Positions 13,120 to 25,643 of a stretch of DNA of 64,000 bases are shown here, in pieces. The stretch spans positions 1,240,001 through 1,304,000 of the forward strand of contig JAUFOQ010000017.1 in the NCBI GenBank assembly GCA_040285855.1, given 5' to 3'. Each line of letters starts with the position of its first letter. Within the stretch, counting starts at the first letter, position 1. The translations under genes and the position numbers were made by a program. Origin of the DNA: Eukaryota sp. GEM-RC1 (lineage: Eukaryota). The notes under the pieces were generated by a model that searched no databases, was not told where the DNA came from, and saw only the letters and a list, made by a program, of their open reading frames with translations.

Positions 13120-15201
13120 ATGGCCGGTGATAATATCAAAGTTGTCTGTCGTTTTAGACCTATCAATGGTCGTGAAAGAAAGGAACAAGAAGAAACTGGT
13201 ATTGGTGGTAATGAGGTGGTCTTCTTCCCCAACAACCAAACTGTGGAGATTATGGCATCTGCCTTGGGAAAGCAGACCTTCAACTTCGACCGTGTCTTCG
13301 GTCCTAATACAGAGCAACCTATTATGTTCAACGAATCCGCCAAATCTGTGGTTCTCGATATCGCCAAGGGTTTCAACGGTACTATCTTTGCTTACGGCCA
13401 AACTGGTGCCGGTAAATCTTGGTCTATGTTCGGTGACGTTCGCAAACTTGAGAACAACGGTATCATCCCTCGTGCCTCCCGTTACATGTTTGAATACATT
13501 GCTGAAGACACTAGTGGATCCGAATTCTCCATCAAATGCTCCTTTCTTGAAATCTACAATGAAACCATCAATGATCTCCTTAACCCTGCTGGACGTAACC
13601 TTCGTGTTAAAGAAAGCAGAGATCAAGGTGTCTTTGTTGACTCCCTCACTGAAACCCCTGTAGGAACTGTTGATGACATCATGGAGTGTCTTGACATTGG
13701 TGAATCTGCTCGTTCTGTTTCATGTACCCAAATGAACGCCGTCTCCTCCCGTTCTCATTCAGTCTTTGTTATGATTCTGGAGTCCAAATCTCCCGATGGT
13801 GCTACTAAGAAGGCTAAGCTGAACCTTGTGGATCTTGCTGGATCTGAAAAGATTGGTAAAACTGGTGCTGAAGGTCAGACCCTAGCTGAAGCTAAAAAGA
13901 TTAACCAATCTCTTTCCTCCCTGGGTAACTGTATTAATGCGTTAGTTGAAGGATCTGGGCATATTCCCTTCCGTAACTCTAAGCTTACTCGTATTCTACA
14001 GGATGCTTTGGGTGGAAATTGTAAGACGACGCTGCTCATTGCGTGTTCACCTCACGAGTTTAATGTTGAAGAAACTCTTTCTACTTTGAAGTTTGGACAG
14101 CGTGCTAAGTGTATTAAGCTCAAGGCCAAGGTTAATGCTCAACGATCACCTGCTGAAATGATGCGTATGATTGACCGATTGACTAAGCAAGTAAAAGAGC
14201 TCAGAGACAAGAATACCCTCATGGAAAAGGCAATTGCCTGGTACAAATCTTCTGAATACGCTCCCGGTAAGCTCTGTCCTATTCAAATCGATGGTGATGG
14301 CGAAGAAGGTGGTGAGAACCCGGAAGAAGAAGAAGGTGGACCAGTCACCTACGATCCTGAAAAGGAAGCTGTGCTGCAAGTCAAGGAAGATAAGATTAGA
14401 GAGGAGTATCTGTCTCAAATTCAAGAGCTTAAGGATGAGATTGAAGAGATGAAGTTGGCTGAGAATGACTATAAGGAGGAGATTACCATTCTACACAAGG
14501 ATCTACAGGAGGCCCATACGCAGTTAGCTGAGCTTCAGGATGCTCCCCCTCAGATTATTTATACTCAAGTGCCAGTGGAAGGACAGGCGACGTCCACCCC
14601 TCAATCTAGTAACTCAACGTCTTCCCCAGCTCAGGTTTCTCATGCACAACCATCAGGAACAACTGCTGCAGTGTCTTCTCCCAGTGTACAAGCTCCAGTT
14701 ACTCAAGCTCAAGGAAAGCAGAGTTTTGCATCTCCTGTTAATAACACTGTTAATAAGAGTGGTACTCCGGTTGCTAAAACTAATACTCCTGTTCATAATG
14801 CTTCACCAATTGTTTCTCCCAAGGGAACTCCTCAATCTGGCCCAGTTGCTCACCATCAGGTCCAACAAGTGTCTGGTGATGTACATGAGTTGTTGAATAG
14901 ATGCAGTGACTTAGAGCATCAGTTAGCAAGGTCAAAGAGAACTGAGAAGAAGCTGGAGTATGATATTATTCAACTCCAACACGAATTAGAAACTACGCAA
15001 CGTAACTTTATTCAGAAGTTGTCTGAGCAAGCGGCTGAACTTGCAGAGAAGTTTGGAAATCAACGAAAGAGAGCTGGTGGAATTGTTGTTAAAAAACTAA
15101 CAGGAAAACCAAGAACTCTTCATGAAGCTTCCAAGGAGAAGATTGATTTATTGTCTGCACGTAGACGTTTGAGAAGAGTAGATAGCGTTAGCATTGAGTA
15201 G
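13120..15201 (+). CDS. Kinesin heavy chain (kinesin-1-like)
   Basis: IKVVCRFRP, GFNGTIFAYGQTGAGKS (P-loop), NAVSSRSH, LVDLAGSE, HIPFRNSKLTRILQDALGGN; coiled-coil tail. Confidence 0.95.
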   Translation: MAGDNIKVVCRFRPINGRERKEQEETGIGGNEVVFFPNNQTVEIMASALGKQTFNFDRVFGPNTEQPIMFNESAKSVVLDIAKGFNGTIFAYGQTGAGKSWSMFGDVRKLENNGIIPRASRYMFEYIAEDTSGSEFSIKCSFLEIYNETINDLLNPAGRNLRVKESRDQGVFVDSLTETPVGTVDDIMECLDIGESARSVSCTQMNAVSSRSHSVFVMILESKSPDGATKKAKLNLVDLAGSEKIGKTGAEGQTLAEAKKINQSLSSLGNCINALVEGSGHIPFRNSKLTRILQDALGGNCKTTLLIACSPHEFNVEETLSTLKFGQRAKCIKLKAKVNAQRSPAEMMRMIDRLTKQVKELRDKNTLMEKAIAWYKSSEYAPGKLCPIQIDGDGEEGGENPEEEEGGPVTYDPEKEAVLQVKEDKIREEYLSQIQELKDEIEEMKLAENDYKEEITILHKDLQEAHTQLAELQDAPPQIIYTQVPVEGQATSTPQSSNSTSSPAQVSHAQPSGTTAAVSSPSVQAPVTQAQGKQSFASPVNNTVNKSGTPVAKTNTPVHNASPIVSPKGTPQSGPVAHHQVQQVSGDVHELLNRCSDLEHQLARSKRTEKKLEYDIIQLQHELETTQRNFIQKLSEQAAELAEKFGNQRKRAGGIVVKKLTGKPRTLHEASKEKIDLLSARRRLRRVDSVSIE

Positions 15202-15710
15202 GGGTGTATAATATGTAGTAGTATATTTCAATCAAAGAGTGTATAAATGTCAAATTGAAAATTCTGTGTTTAGATTAGGTTGTACAAAATAAGTCCCGCA
15301 ACTGCTTCATGACATCACAGTGATGGTGCTTTAGATTGGTCGCTGCTTTCTGCAACAGAGCACTGAAACATATATTCCGGGCTAATTCTCATCCCATGTG
15401 TAGAAATTTGTATATGAATTTTCAAACAAGAATACCTTGAATTACTTTTCTATCCCAAATAATGTAATCAAGACCCTTCAATTGTCCGTTGTCGAGTAAA
15501 ACTATAGTGGTTTACATACTTCCACGACTTTGATTCCGCTTAAAAATGTCCTAAACATTGTTTGCAAAGGCAATTGTTTCAGATTGATCATAAACCACGT
15601 CTTTTAAAGTCTACCACACATATAATGCTATAGCCTGCCTATTGGAGCACTTACAACAACAATAAAATTCTGCTTGTAGTTGTATCAAAAAGTGATTGTA
15701 TGGATCCCAG

Positions 15711-16357
15711 CAGGGATGTTCAAACAATAATTGCATTCTGCAAGTATTGCAATAATGTATTGCAAGGTAAGTTGATTATAGCAATAACGTATTGCAACAT
15801 TGTGGAGTATTGAAATTATTTATTGTATAATTTTGTCTACCTTAGAGCACATAAACTACCATATCAATTCAATAACAAGAATAAAATTTCCTTTATTAAA
15901 ACTCCAAAAGAACAAAATGACTAATTTTTAAGAAAAATTAATAGAAGAGAGTCTTATGCTAACTTGAACCGTCAACAAGATCAATCTTTTGTCCATTCAC
16001 CATTTCGTTCACAGTGATTGAAAAGAATGACCGAACTTCAAGTCTTTCATGACTAAAAACCATTCGTGATAATTCTTTTGTTGTTCTAACACGACTTTGC
16101 ATTTTGTCCGGAAGTAAAAGGGGGCGCAGGGCAACTGTTGAGGACAAAAGTGCCCAGAGAAGGATTAGAACAGTATTAGGGGCGAGTAAATTGGGGCTTT
16201 TTGTACTTTCACAACTATTAATTGTAATATTTTCAGTATTGGAATAAAGTATTGTAGAAACATTGTGTATTGTTGCAATAATGTATTGCAAAATCATTGT
16301 GTATTGTGAATCAATTTTTAGTTGCAATATATTGCAATATATTTTTGAACATCTCTG
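15711..16357. mobile_element. hAT-like TIR element (MITE), 647 bp, older
   Basis: TIR CAG(G/A)GATGTTCAAA; degenerate TSD GATCCCAG/GATTTTAG; subterminal TATTGCAA repeats. Confidence 0.7.
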
Positions 16358-16809
16358 GATTTTAGTATGAAATGCTGGGACAGGAGATCACAGTTGTTTA
16401 TACCCCATGTTAACACCTTTAGATGAACATTGGTTTTACCTTTAATCCTTGACTTCTTTTTAATCTCATAAACAGAGATACTAGCATCATCTTCGTTTTA
16501 TAGACTTTAGCCATCACAGTATTGAAATCTAAGGACTGATATTTGCGTACTAAGTGTTTTCTATTTCATTGACAGTGATTGTATATGAATATGTTCTATC
16601 ATTACCTAACACAAACCAAAATACATAATTATGATTTAATTCACCAAATCGAGAGTTTGCAAAAGATTGCTTTACTTTTGTTTCCCTAATACAGAACTAG
16701 CCTGCGCAAAACTGTTACTAGCCTACCCCGTCTTGGCTTGTATTAGGGGAGTGCTAGTACATGTAACAGGTTACAGTAATTAGATTGGCAACAACAAATT
16801 ATGAAATAA

Positions 16810-17431
16810 TAGGGTTGCACCCGACGTCGCCGTCACTGTGACGTGACGCGACGATTCCATCACGGCGACGTCACGGAGCAGTGCGTGACGTATCTTGTGC
16901 TTAGAGCTCTTTTCATCTTTAGTTTGAATCTGACTCTCGTATTTGTCTTGGACCTTTTGTTCTTGTGTATTACATGATATTTACAAACGCAAAATTAAAA
17001 CTGAAATTAACGAGAGAGTTCTGAGCATCCCAATACACAAAACTAGTAATATTTTGAAGTAAACTGTAATTCAGGGCATTTCTTAAAAGGCGTAAATTGT
17101 GATGAAGAAATATCAAATCATCCACTCTGTCAGTGATTCAACAACTTCATCAGAGTTGATTGTGAAAAATAATGACAGAAATAGCGCTCAGAATTTCTAT
17201 GGAAGTCGATCGTATAACTTTCAGTTTAATTATTTGATTAGAGAATTTACAATACTGTCAATTTAACGTTTGGTAGAGTCATATATGAAGCGTCGTTGAC
17301 ATGAATATGTTTAGACAAAATGTTCCCCAAAAAATGGCCAAGTGGTGACGTCACCGTCACTGTGACGTGACGCGACGAATCCGTCACGGTGACGTCACGG
17401 AGCAGTGCGTGACGTATGTTGTGCAACCCTA
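16810..17431. mobile_element. hAT-like TIR element (MITE), 622 bp
   Basis: TIR TAGGGTTGCAC; perfect TSD TGAAATAA (16802-16809, 17432-17439); a ~70-bp GTGACG-rich block at both ends. Confidence 0.9.
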
Positions 17432-17466
17432 TGAAATAACCTAGACCCGTTCTATCATCCTATCGA

Positions 17467-20063
17467 ATGTCTCTTCTTGAATTCGCGACCCACTTTCACC
17501 TGTACTTTAAGGGGAAACCGCTGCGTATTGATAACGTGGAATCAGTTGCGGAGGAGATCCAGAAATATCCTCCTGATCCAGAGGTGGATACCTCTTATAT
17601 TCTATCTTATTTCCTTTTCTCTTTGCGATATATTGTACATGACGACTCGCTCTCAGCAAATTTTCCCTTGCTTCATGCTGTCTTGAGATTCTATCAAAAT
17701 AGCCCTGATTACCCTCCTTATCTGATTATGCATGCCACAGAAAATCTCATTCAAAGGTATGCCATACACATAGACATTTACGAAGAGTCAGACCCAGCTA
17801 TAGGCGCAACTCGGTTAAAGATAGTTTTTGACAACAAAAAGTGTAAAAAAGGATGGCGATTTTGGGGTGACCTATTCGAGTTTCTTGCAGGTCAAGTAAA
17901 GCCTCCTTTCATCTACGAAAAGACCAAGAAAGGGGACAAAGTGTCATTTGTATTCCCTAAAACTACACCGTGGTTTCACTATGAACCTTCTACAGGAATT
18001 CCACTGTTTTCATCACTTCCCGATGATTATAACAATTGCTCTGATTATGTGAGGGAAAATCATGGATCTGCACATCTTTTGCTTGTGGTCTTTGATGTTG
18101 TGCGTATGTTCAGTTCTAAACAAGTTATTGCTGATAGCTACAATGATATCTACAATCTCATTGATGACTTGGATAGAACACTGCATTCTGGCTTCTTCTC
18201 TTTACACGATGTTCTGAAACGCATTTCTGGTCTTTTTACTGATAGTTTCAGGGATGTTTCATGTGTTGTGGACCGTTCTAGAGTTCCATTGCCCCATTTT
18301 GATGGACGTCATTATGAGTGGATTTGCTGTTTGTCAAACACTGTTGATACTGCTTCAAACACACTAGATAAACTACTCGGATTCTTTGACCTCTTCAATA
18401 GTCTTCTGACACCACTCAAGGAAAAAGAAAATCACACAAACTATAATTTACTGACGGCACTGGACTTTCGTTATGAACTTGTTGATGGTCGTATCAAAAT
18501 CAGTTGGTGGTCACTTTACCTGAATCGATCATCTGTCAATCTCATTTCTCATGATCTTCTTGAGTTTAGTTATCCTCTTTCAGCCTCTTACCAATCTGTC
18601 ACTCCTGAGTTTCAGAATAGTGAAGAAACTCCGTGCTTTCTTAATAGGAACGATAAGACATCAGAAGGGTTTTGTCAGTTCTTGGGGGATCAATATGAAC
18701 GAGATTTACCTGATGTACCTTACCGCTTCCTTGATGAACAAGTTGATAGGAGTGATTGGGAAATCCCACCTCCTTTAAGAAATCTATGGAAGATTGTGCC
18801 TCAAGTTGGTTTCACTAATAACAGTGATGGGAGATTATCAGATTCTAGGTCAAGATTCAATGGCAGTGGTTGGCTTTATCCTGTACATTACAACAATAAG
18901 ATACGGTGGGTTTTGGTGACAAATAATCATGTAGTTTATCCTTGCAAGGAGTTGTATATTTTGTGTCTTTTCAAAAACAATGATGTTACCAATACTCAAA
19001 CTTTGCGTTTCCACTCTTTTGTTTGTTCGTCACCAGCTGTCGGTGAGAAATCTGTTATACCTCAAATTGATGTTGCTGTTGGTATTTTTGAGCAAGATTT
19101 CTCCGAGAACTTTTTTTATGATGAGGATGAAGAGACTCAGTATTCCGAGTTATTTAAACACACCCGCTACAAATTTGAATTGTCTCAAGATCCTATTGAA
19201 TTTACCACTGCTTTTGAAGACCGCCGACCAGTGTATTTAATTAGCCATCCTGGGTCTACCAGTGCAGGAGCTGTTGTATCTAAAAGTATAATCGAAGATC
19301 ATGATTATCATACGTTTACAACAGAATCATGTAGTCTTCCTGGGTCTTCGGGGGCTTATTGGTCTCTATCACGGAAGATGATGACGTTTTCGTTATTGGG
19401 TTTGTTTATGGTTCATTTCAGATAACAGGAAAACACTTCACAGTTGGTATTAAGTTTTGGCGTTTTCGGAGTATGTTTGAATGTCCTATCCAAACCTATG
19501 TTTTACGTCGTCAGATTTTTGAGAATCCATTTATCCGAACAGCCGTTCAAAACTATGCTTTGAATAATAATTACCATGCTCTGGAGTTTCTCCGTTATGA
19601 GCCAACAACAACAGTTTTGCTCTATTCTGCTCTACACCCAACTTTCCTGTACAATATATTGAACAACCTGGTCAGATCGTTTTCTCCAGCATTTTATCAA
19701 ATTTTGTTCGACAAACTAGATCCTTTTTGGAAACGGTTGTTTTTTCATGCAATGACTCTTACTCATCATTTCTTTGGACGAATTGACCTCAATGTCGTTG
19801 ATTTCTACAGACATTGTGCATGTTTGCTTATGTTTCTTTATCAGAAATTATCTGTGTTTTTTACTGACTCGAATCAATTTTCCAACGCGGTAACTTCTGA
19901 TTCCCTAGATGTTACTTCTTTAGTCCGTGTGTTTATCTCTGTGGATGATGTGGGAATGGAAATGCGTTTAGGAGCTCAAATCAAAGACCCGGAAAGTGAT
20001 TCGCTTGTGTATTATGCTCACACAGATAGCTTTTCGCAATTAACAACTTCAAATGAAGACTAG
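17467..20063 (+). CDS. Protein with internal trypsin-like (S1/Trypsin_2) serine peptidase domain
   Basis: GSGWL..VLVTNNHVV (His), IDVAVGI (Asp), SLPGSSGA (Ser); frameshift near 19360 joins the 19359-20063 ORF (VFVIGFVYG follows the Ser motif as expected). Confidence 0.75.
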
Positions 20064-20372
20064 ATTCGCCATTATCTTTAAACTCTCCATTATTAAAAAT
20101 GTATATAAAATTATTTAAACATGTATTTTAGAGTCCGTTTAGGCAATTAAATTTCTACAGTCTACTGTTGCTTTAATGTATCCCTCGAATTGAAATCGAA
20201 TGACAAGTCTCTTCCAGCTCCTGTGAGACTCTATAGATTGCTGACTGTATTTGCTGCAATGCGTTACTGTCAAAATTCTACGAACGAAAGAATTAAAATA
20301 TTGATGCTGTGTCTAAAAAAAGTCGATTTAGATAACATATTGAACGACAACTTATGGGCCAATACAAGTATT

Positions 20373-21701
20373 TTATTCATCAGAAAAAGAAACTTCAGCT
20401 GCATCGACACTTTCAGCTACAAATAGCAAGTCATTTCTCTGTGAAGGATCAACATATCGTTTCAAATAAAACTCTTTCCAAACATAATCCATCACGTCAT
20501 CAACATCTGACTCCTTAACCATGGCAATACAATTCCCACCAAATCCTGCACCAGTCAACCTTCCTCCCAGTACAGACGGATGACCAAGCATCACTGATAA
20601 TAGTAAATCAATGTTAGGGGATGAACACTCGTAATTGTCTCGAAGGGAGTCTTGACTTTGATTCAATAGCTTTCCAAGAACTGTACAAATATTTAAATTG
20701 TCTCCTCCCAAAGAAGATAAATGATCAAATTCCATAACTCTTTGAAATTCTGTAACAACGTGCAATGCTCGTTTGAAAGGTTTGTAGTAGATATCAAAGG
20801 GATTGGTGGATGTAGCAAATGCATTTTTTAAAATTTTTGATTGAATGATGTCTGTTGAAATGTTTAACATTTCGGAAATTTCGAGCAAACTTAACGGTCG
20901 TTGAGGAATTGCACTTTGCAACACTTCTATCATGGCAGATGCTTCATAAACTTCCCCGGCATAAAAGACATCCCGTAGAGACAAAATTTCAAAAATATCA
21001 TCAAGATTCAAAAATTTGGCAACAAATACACACGCCATCCTCATTTCAACAACACATAGATTATATTTCAAATCCTTGGATTCCGCTTTATGACACTCTT
21101 CCAACGAATGTGCTACAATGAACTTAACACAAGAGGGAAGTAAATTTGAGTGACATCTCAAGGGAGAGAAAGATATGTAAGAGTAATGGGATCGCTTGGC
21201 ATTTAGAATGACTGCTTGGTCCATCCCACCACTTAGAGTGCCACAGAATTGTTCAGCTTTGCGTGTGAGTTCAGCAAGAACCATACGGTCGGTAATGGGT
21301 TGGGATAGGAAAAAGTAATTGAAGATTAACATGAAAGTAACTACAATGGCAGAGCTTGAACTTAAACCAGAGGCGATAGGGATGGTAGAGTGACAAGTGA
21401 CATTGAGACCTGAAGAAGTAAGAGGTGAAGATTGTAGATGGTGTATTCCTTTCAATGCACAAATGGCATATGAAGCAAGATTGGGTTTTGAACACGTTAT
21501 GGGGCTATTAGAGAGATTATTGGGATCATCAAGTGAGATATCAAAGGTCTGGTTGTTGATCGTTATGTGAATGGTGTTGGATTCTGTTTTCTTAACTTCG
21601 GCAGTGAAATACCTATTAATTGCAAAGGGGAGAACTTGGAAGTGAGAATAGTCCACATGTTCACCAATGATATTGACTCTAGAAGGTGTGCGAATAATCA
21701 T
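20373..21701 (-). CDS. GALK: Galactokinase / N-acetylgalactosamine kinase, copy 1
   Basis: PSRVNIIGEHVDY, PIASGLSSSSA (GHMP), GGMDQ, RALHVVTE, GGRLTGAGFGG. Confidence 0.93.
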   Translation of the reverse strand: MIIRTPSRVNIIGEHVDYSHFQVLPFAINRYFTAEVKKTESNTIHITINNQTFDISLDDPNNLSNSPITCSKPNLASYAICALKGIHHLQSSPLTSSGLNVTCHSTIPIASGLSSSSAIVVTFMLIFNYFFLSQPITDRMVLAELTRKAEQFCGTLSGGMDQAVILNAKRSHYSYISFSPLRCHSNLLPSCVKFIVAHSLEECHKAESKDLKYNLCVVEMRMACVFVAKFLNLDDIFEILSLRDVFYAGEVYEASAMIEVLQSAIPQRPLSLLEISEMLNISTDIIQSKILKNAFATSTNPFDIYYKPFKRALHVVTEFQRVMEFDHLSSLGGDNLNICTVLGKLLNQSQDSLRDNYECSSPNIDLLLSVMLGHPSVLGGRLTGAGFGGNCIAMVKESDVDDVMDYVWKEFYLKRYVDPSQRNDLLFVAESVDAAEVSFSDE

Positions 21702-21802
21702 AAAGAATAACTTTTCAGAAATGAAATGCATCGACTACTACAATGTAGTATGTTGAATCAGTTTCACTGCAGCAGAATATGCTAGAATCTGCGATGTGAG
21801 CC

Positions 21803-22735
21803 CAGGAGTGTGTATCGATAAAATCTTATTGTTCGATAACGATATATCTACTCTTATCGACCCGACAATTCTGAAAGATATAATTATCGACTGTCTCCAG
21901 CAACATTCCGATATATTGGGATAAATAAGGACAAATTGTTGGAGACAAAATAGACCATTTTTCTGGTTTCACTGAGTGATTTCACTGAAACATGTACACC
22001 GATTGTTTCATTTTTTCATTTTCTCTGGTCACATATCTATATTTATCTATATATGTGACATGGGTGATGTGATATGTGTGATTCACATGTATCACAAAAT
22101 GCATGAAAGTGTGATACCCAAGTATGTATTCAAGTAGGGTTTTAAGTTGATCTTACAAGTATAAAAGTTCATCTAACTTTAAAAGCTCAGTCGATCATTG
22201 GCATTTTTGTTGCGTTTTTCTCGTTAAAGACCAACGAAGTAGTACATTGTGTATTTGGGAGGTCAAAATTGAAACTTTCATATCGAAGTTAGTCTCACTG
22301 AGACCATTTTCTAGTGAGACTAATTGGAAACAATCGCTGTGTTGAAAAGTGTAGTAAAGACTGATAAATGATGTTGGAGAAATTGATTGCTGCAGCACAA
22401 TTACATTTGACCCATGATTTGTCCAGAAAAGACATTGAGGCTGTAGCAAGGTCGCCAACTTGTACTTTAGGCTAGCTAATTCTGCTCTAACCCCTCCAAA
22501 AGCTGAGCACAGAGATACGCGTGGTGCTTGGAAATGCGTTAAGCATAATAAACGTAGTTTTATTAATACACATATATTTCATATTTCTATTGTACGTCAT
22601 TCAATTATCGAAGATATTTTTACCGATTTATGGTTGAATAGTCCATAATTAGATAAGATATACTCCCTGACATTATATTTATCGAAGTTGCCTAACAAAA
22701 CGATAAATAAAAGATATCGAAAATACACACTCCTG
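21803..22735. mobile_element. hAT-like TIR element, about 933 bp, present only in duplication copy 1
   Basis: TIR CAGGAGTGTGTAT; TSD ATGTGAGC (21794-21801, 22736-22743); single empty site at 27326-27333 in copy 2. Confidence 0.92.
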
Positions 22736-23841
22736 ATGTGAGCTATCAATCAGTGAATCAAATGTAATTTACAAAGAGAAGAATATTAAATCGTCAATTC
22801 TATTACAAACACTACAATTGCCCTTGATATTAGGTGAATTTGGTTCCTCTAGTGACATTATTGGAAACAGAGTTTATGAATGAGACGGACTGTAATATGA
22901 ATCAAAATATTAGCTACGAAGCTCTAGACACTCTCATACAACATAATGACAAATATTCAAATGAGGGTAATGGAATCAAGTCTTGGCCCCAGATGTTCAA
23001 GTACTTCAAATTTAGTCTGCACAATTGCCTAATGGAATTCAAATTGTAGGAATTTGGTTAAACAAAACTTGAAATACAAAGAAAAGTTTTCATTGCTTCT
23101 GGTAGTGGCTGATCCAGATCATACAACTTCCTTATCATGTATATAACATGTGTTTGACACGTCACAGGGATATGCCTTGATATGATGAAGTCACGTGTCG
23201 GTAAACGTGTAAGGATGTAGTCAACACCATGTACAATTGTAAAAGCAGGGGATGTTGGTGCAAGAATTGGATGGGAACACAAGTATCCATCATAGATAGA
23301 AGCACGCTGCTATTAGATCAATGAGAAAGACTTGACGCTACTCAGGAACAGCGAGAAGTAGTTGCATCTGATCCAAAATGAATTAAAGATGAAGAAGAAG
23401 AAAGAAGAATTCTCTGGAAAAAAGAAGATTGAGAGAGGAAGGGAAAGCAATGCTACGAGCCTGTTTGACAACAAAGGGTATGATTGTAAGGGCAAATGAA
23501 GAGATCTAGCATATGAAACAATCTCTCTCCTTAATAGGTACAATAGTACGAGCAATGACAGAACGCAATTGAAGGTCATGATACGATGTGGATGTTAGAG
23601 CTAAAACACGGTTAGGGCAAATGATGTGATCACTGGCGGTATATAAGAGTTGATTAGGACACCAATATATGTTCCATCTCATACGAGGAGGATGTTAGAG
23701 CTAGAACACACTTGCAAGAAAAAAAACCAATGGAAGCGTGTTAGCACTGATATGACATTAAGGCCTGTCCGCTATACAAGCCGCCCTCAAGGCATTATAG
23801 AGAAGATAGAGATAGAGAAGATAAAGGCTTAAGACAACCCT

Positions 23842-25643
23842 AAAGTAGTATTTTATTAAAGCCATGAACATGAGAAAGACTCATCAGCTATTTAGAGGAT
23901 TGTTGGAAAAAGTCTATCACAAGCACTAGTGGTAGCAGTAAAAAGTGAAAAGAAAACTGTTGGCAAAATCAAAATCCCCTATGACACGGAATCCTGCTGA
24001 GAGGAAAGTGATGAACAATCAATTACAATGTCGACAGTGACTTATTTCCGTCTCATGACTCCATCAGGTTTGTTGATGTCTCACACAATAAGAGGTTCCA
24101 ATCCTCCTCGGCTGGATGTTTCGTATCCAGTTGAGACTGAAAGTTCCGTCCTTTCAGTTATGTGTTCAGGAGGTTCCAATCCTCCTAACACTATAAGAGG
24201 TTCCAATCCTCCTCGGCTGGATGTTTCATATCCAGTTGAGACTGAAAGTTCCGTCCTTTCAGTTATGTGTTCAGGAGGTTCCAATCCTCCTAACACTATA
24301 AGAGGTTCCAATCCTCCTCGGCTGGATGTTTCATATCCAGTTGAGACTGAAAGTTCCGTCCTTTCAGTTATGAATTTGGGTGGGGACTACGGCCCTAACC
24401 CAGGATTAACAACTCAGGGCAGTTGCAGAGAAGAGGCTTATAGCTTGATATCTGCAACTCCTGATGAGTTAATACCGCAGTGGTCCGTGTCTTGTTGTAA
24501 AACTCGACAAAAGCAATTCACTTTTGATTTGGAGAATAAACACAATTTCAAATTTTGTTTGATTCATTTGTTTGTGAAAGATTTAACCAACGATGGTGAT
24601 ATCGAGTCGAATCCCGGACCGGTATCATTTAACTCACATGAATTTGAAGACATAACATTGTTGTCTGAATGTGAATGGTTAGAGCTATTCCATCTTCTTT
24701 TTCCATAAATAATATCAGTTTGGATTACCCACTCGCCAATCAAACTATTGGATTTTTATCATGTATATAACTTTCTAACGTTAGAGAAAGATGTTATTTA
24801 TCATGATATAAGAGAAAAAAATGCAGATTGTCGGCTTGTTCTTATTCTCATGAACAATGGTATTATTGACGGATTTGCTGGAACTCACTGGGGACTATGT
24901 GTTATAGATTTCATGACTGAAACGTTATACTTCATGGATTCTATTTCTAACAGTGATTTGTTGTCCTCAAAAATTGATTTTATACAATCGTTTTGCCCAA
25001 ACAACTTTTACCATTGTCACATTAATTCTGTGAAACAGGACAATGGTTATGATTGTGGCATATTTGTTCTGTATTTTATTGAAGTTTTATTTAAGACATT
25101 TAACGTTGAAACAATTGATCACATTGATCACTGTATAATGATGACAGATTTTCAAAATGAAATTATGCATCATCAATTTGATCCCTCTCAATTTCGTATC
25201 AGATTGAACTTAAAACTGGACAGCCACGTTAATCCAGGAAAAAGGCTTGCCACTGTCAGCAATATGCCTCCAAGAAAACAAAAACGATCAAACAATAATA
25301 ATGAAAACGAACCCCAACTGGTGAAAAAACCAATTGGGCGTAAATGTTCAAAGTGTAGAAACACTGGTCATGATATAAGAAAATGCCCATTGGCAGTAAA
25401 AACAAGTGAAAAAACAAACGAAAAAGAATCACCAGTTAAGTCTGAAAAAAGAAAAGATCCTTTCGAAAACGTAACCTTAATGTTAGATCACAAACACTCG
25501 ATTAAGTGCATTTTTGTGAAAATGATCGAAGCTTCAGCAGCTATTAAAGAAACTAAAAAAGAAAAAAGAGAAAAAAATAATCACATCAATTATCACTCAA
25601 ACAGTTCAAGTCCAGGACCAAGTAATTACAATTGTAGAATCAA
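23842..25643 (+). mobile_element. 3'-truncated copy of the Fanzor element (repeats, 2A, Ulp1-like protease, zinc knuckle)
   Basis: Near-identical to 28432-30125; ends at the duplication junction. Confidence 0.85.
24085..24372 (+). repeat. 105-bp (35-aa) coding tandem repeat, about 2.8 copies (about 1.8 copies in copy 2 at 28675-28857)
   Basis: AGAGGTTCCAATCCTCCTCGG at 24091, 24196, 24301. Confidence 0.9.

Noticed and set aside
13114..14896. Overlapping short ORFs around the kinesin gene
   Set aside because: Antisense or alternate-frame shadows of a well-supported CDS.
23050..23832. Upstream region as part of the Fanzor element or a transposase gene
   Set aside because: Multiple stops, no recognisable DDE, HUH or recombinase motif, and it lies outside the candidate TSD; cannot be fully excluded without other copies.
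24085..24372. 105-bp repeats as a guide or spacer array for Fanzor
   Set aside because: Units are essentially identical, with no variable spacers, and lie at the 5' end in coding frame.
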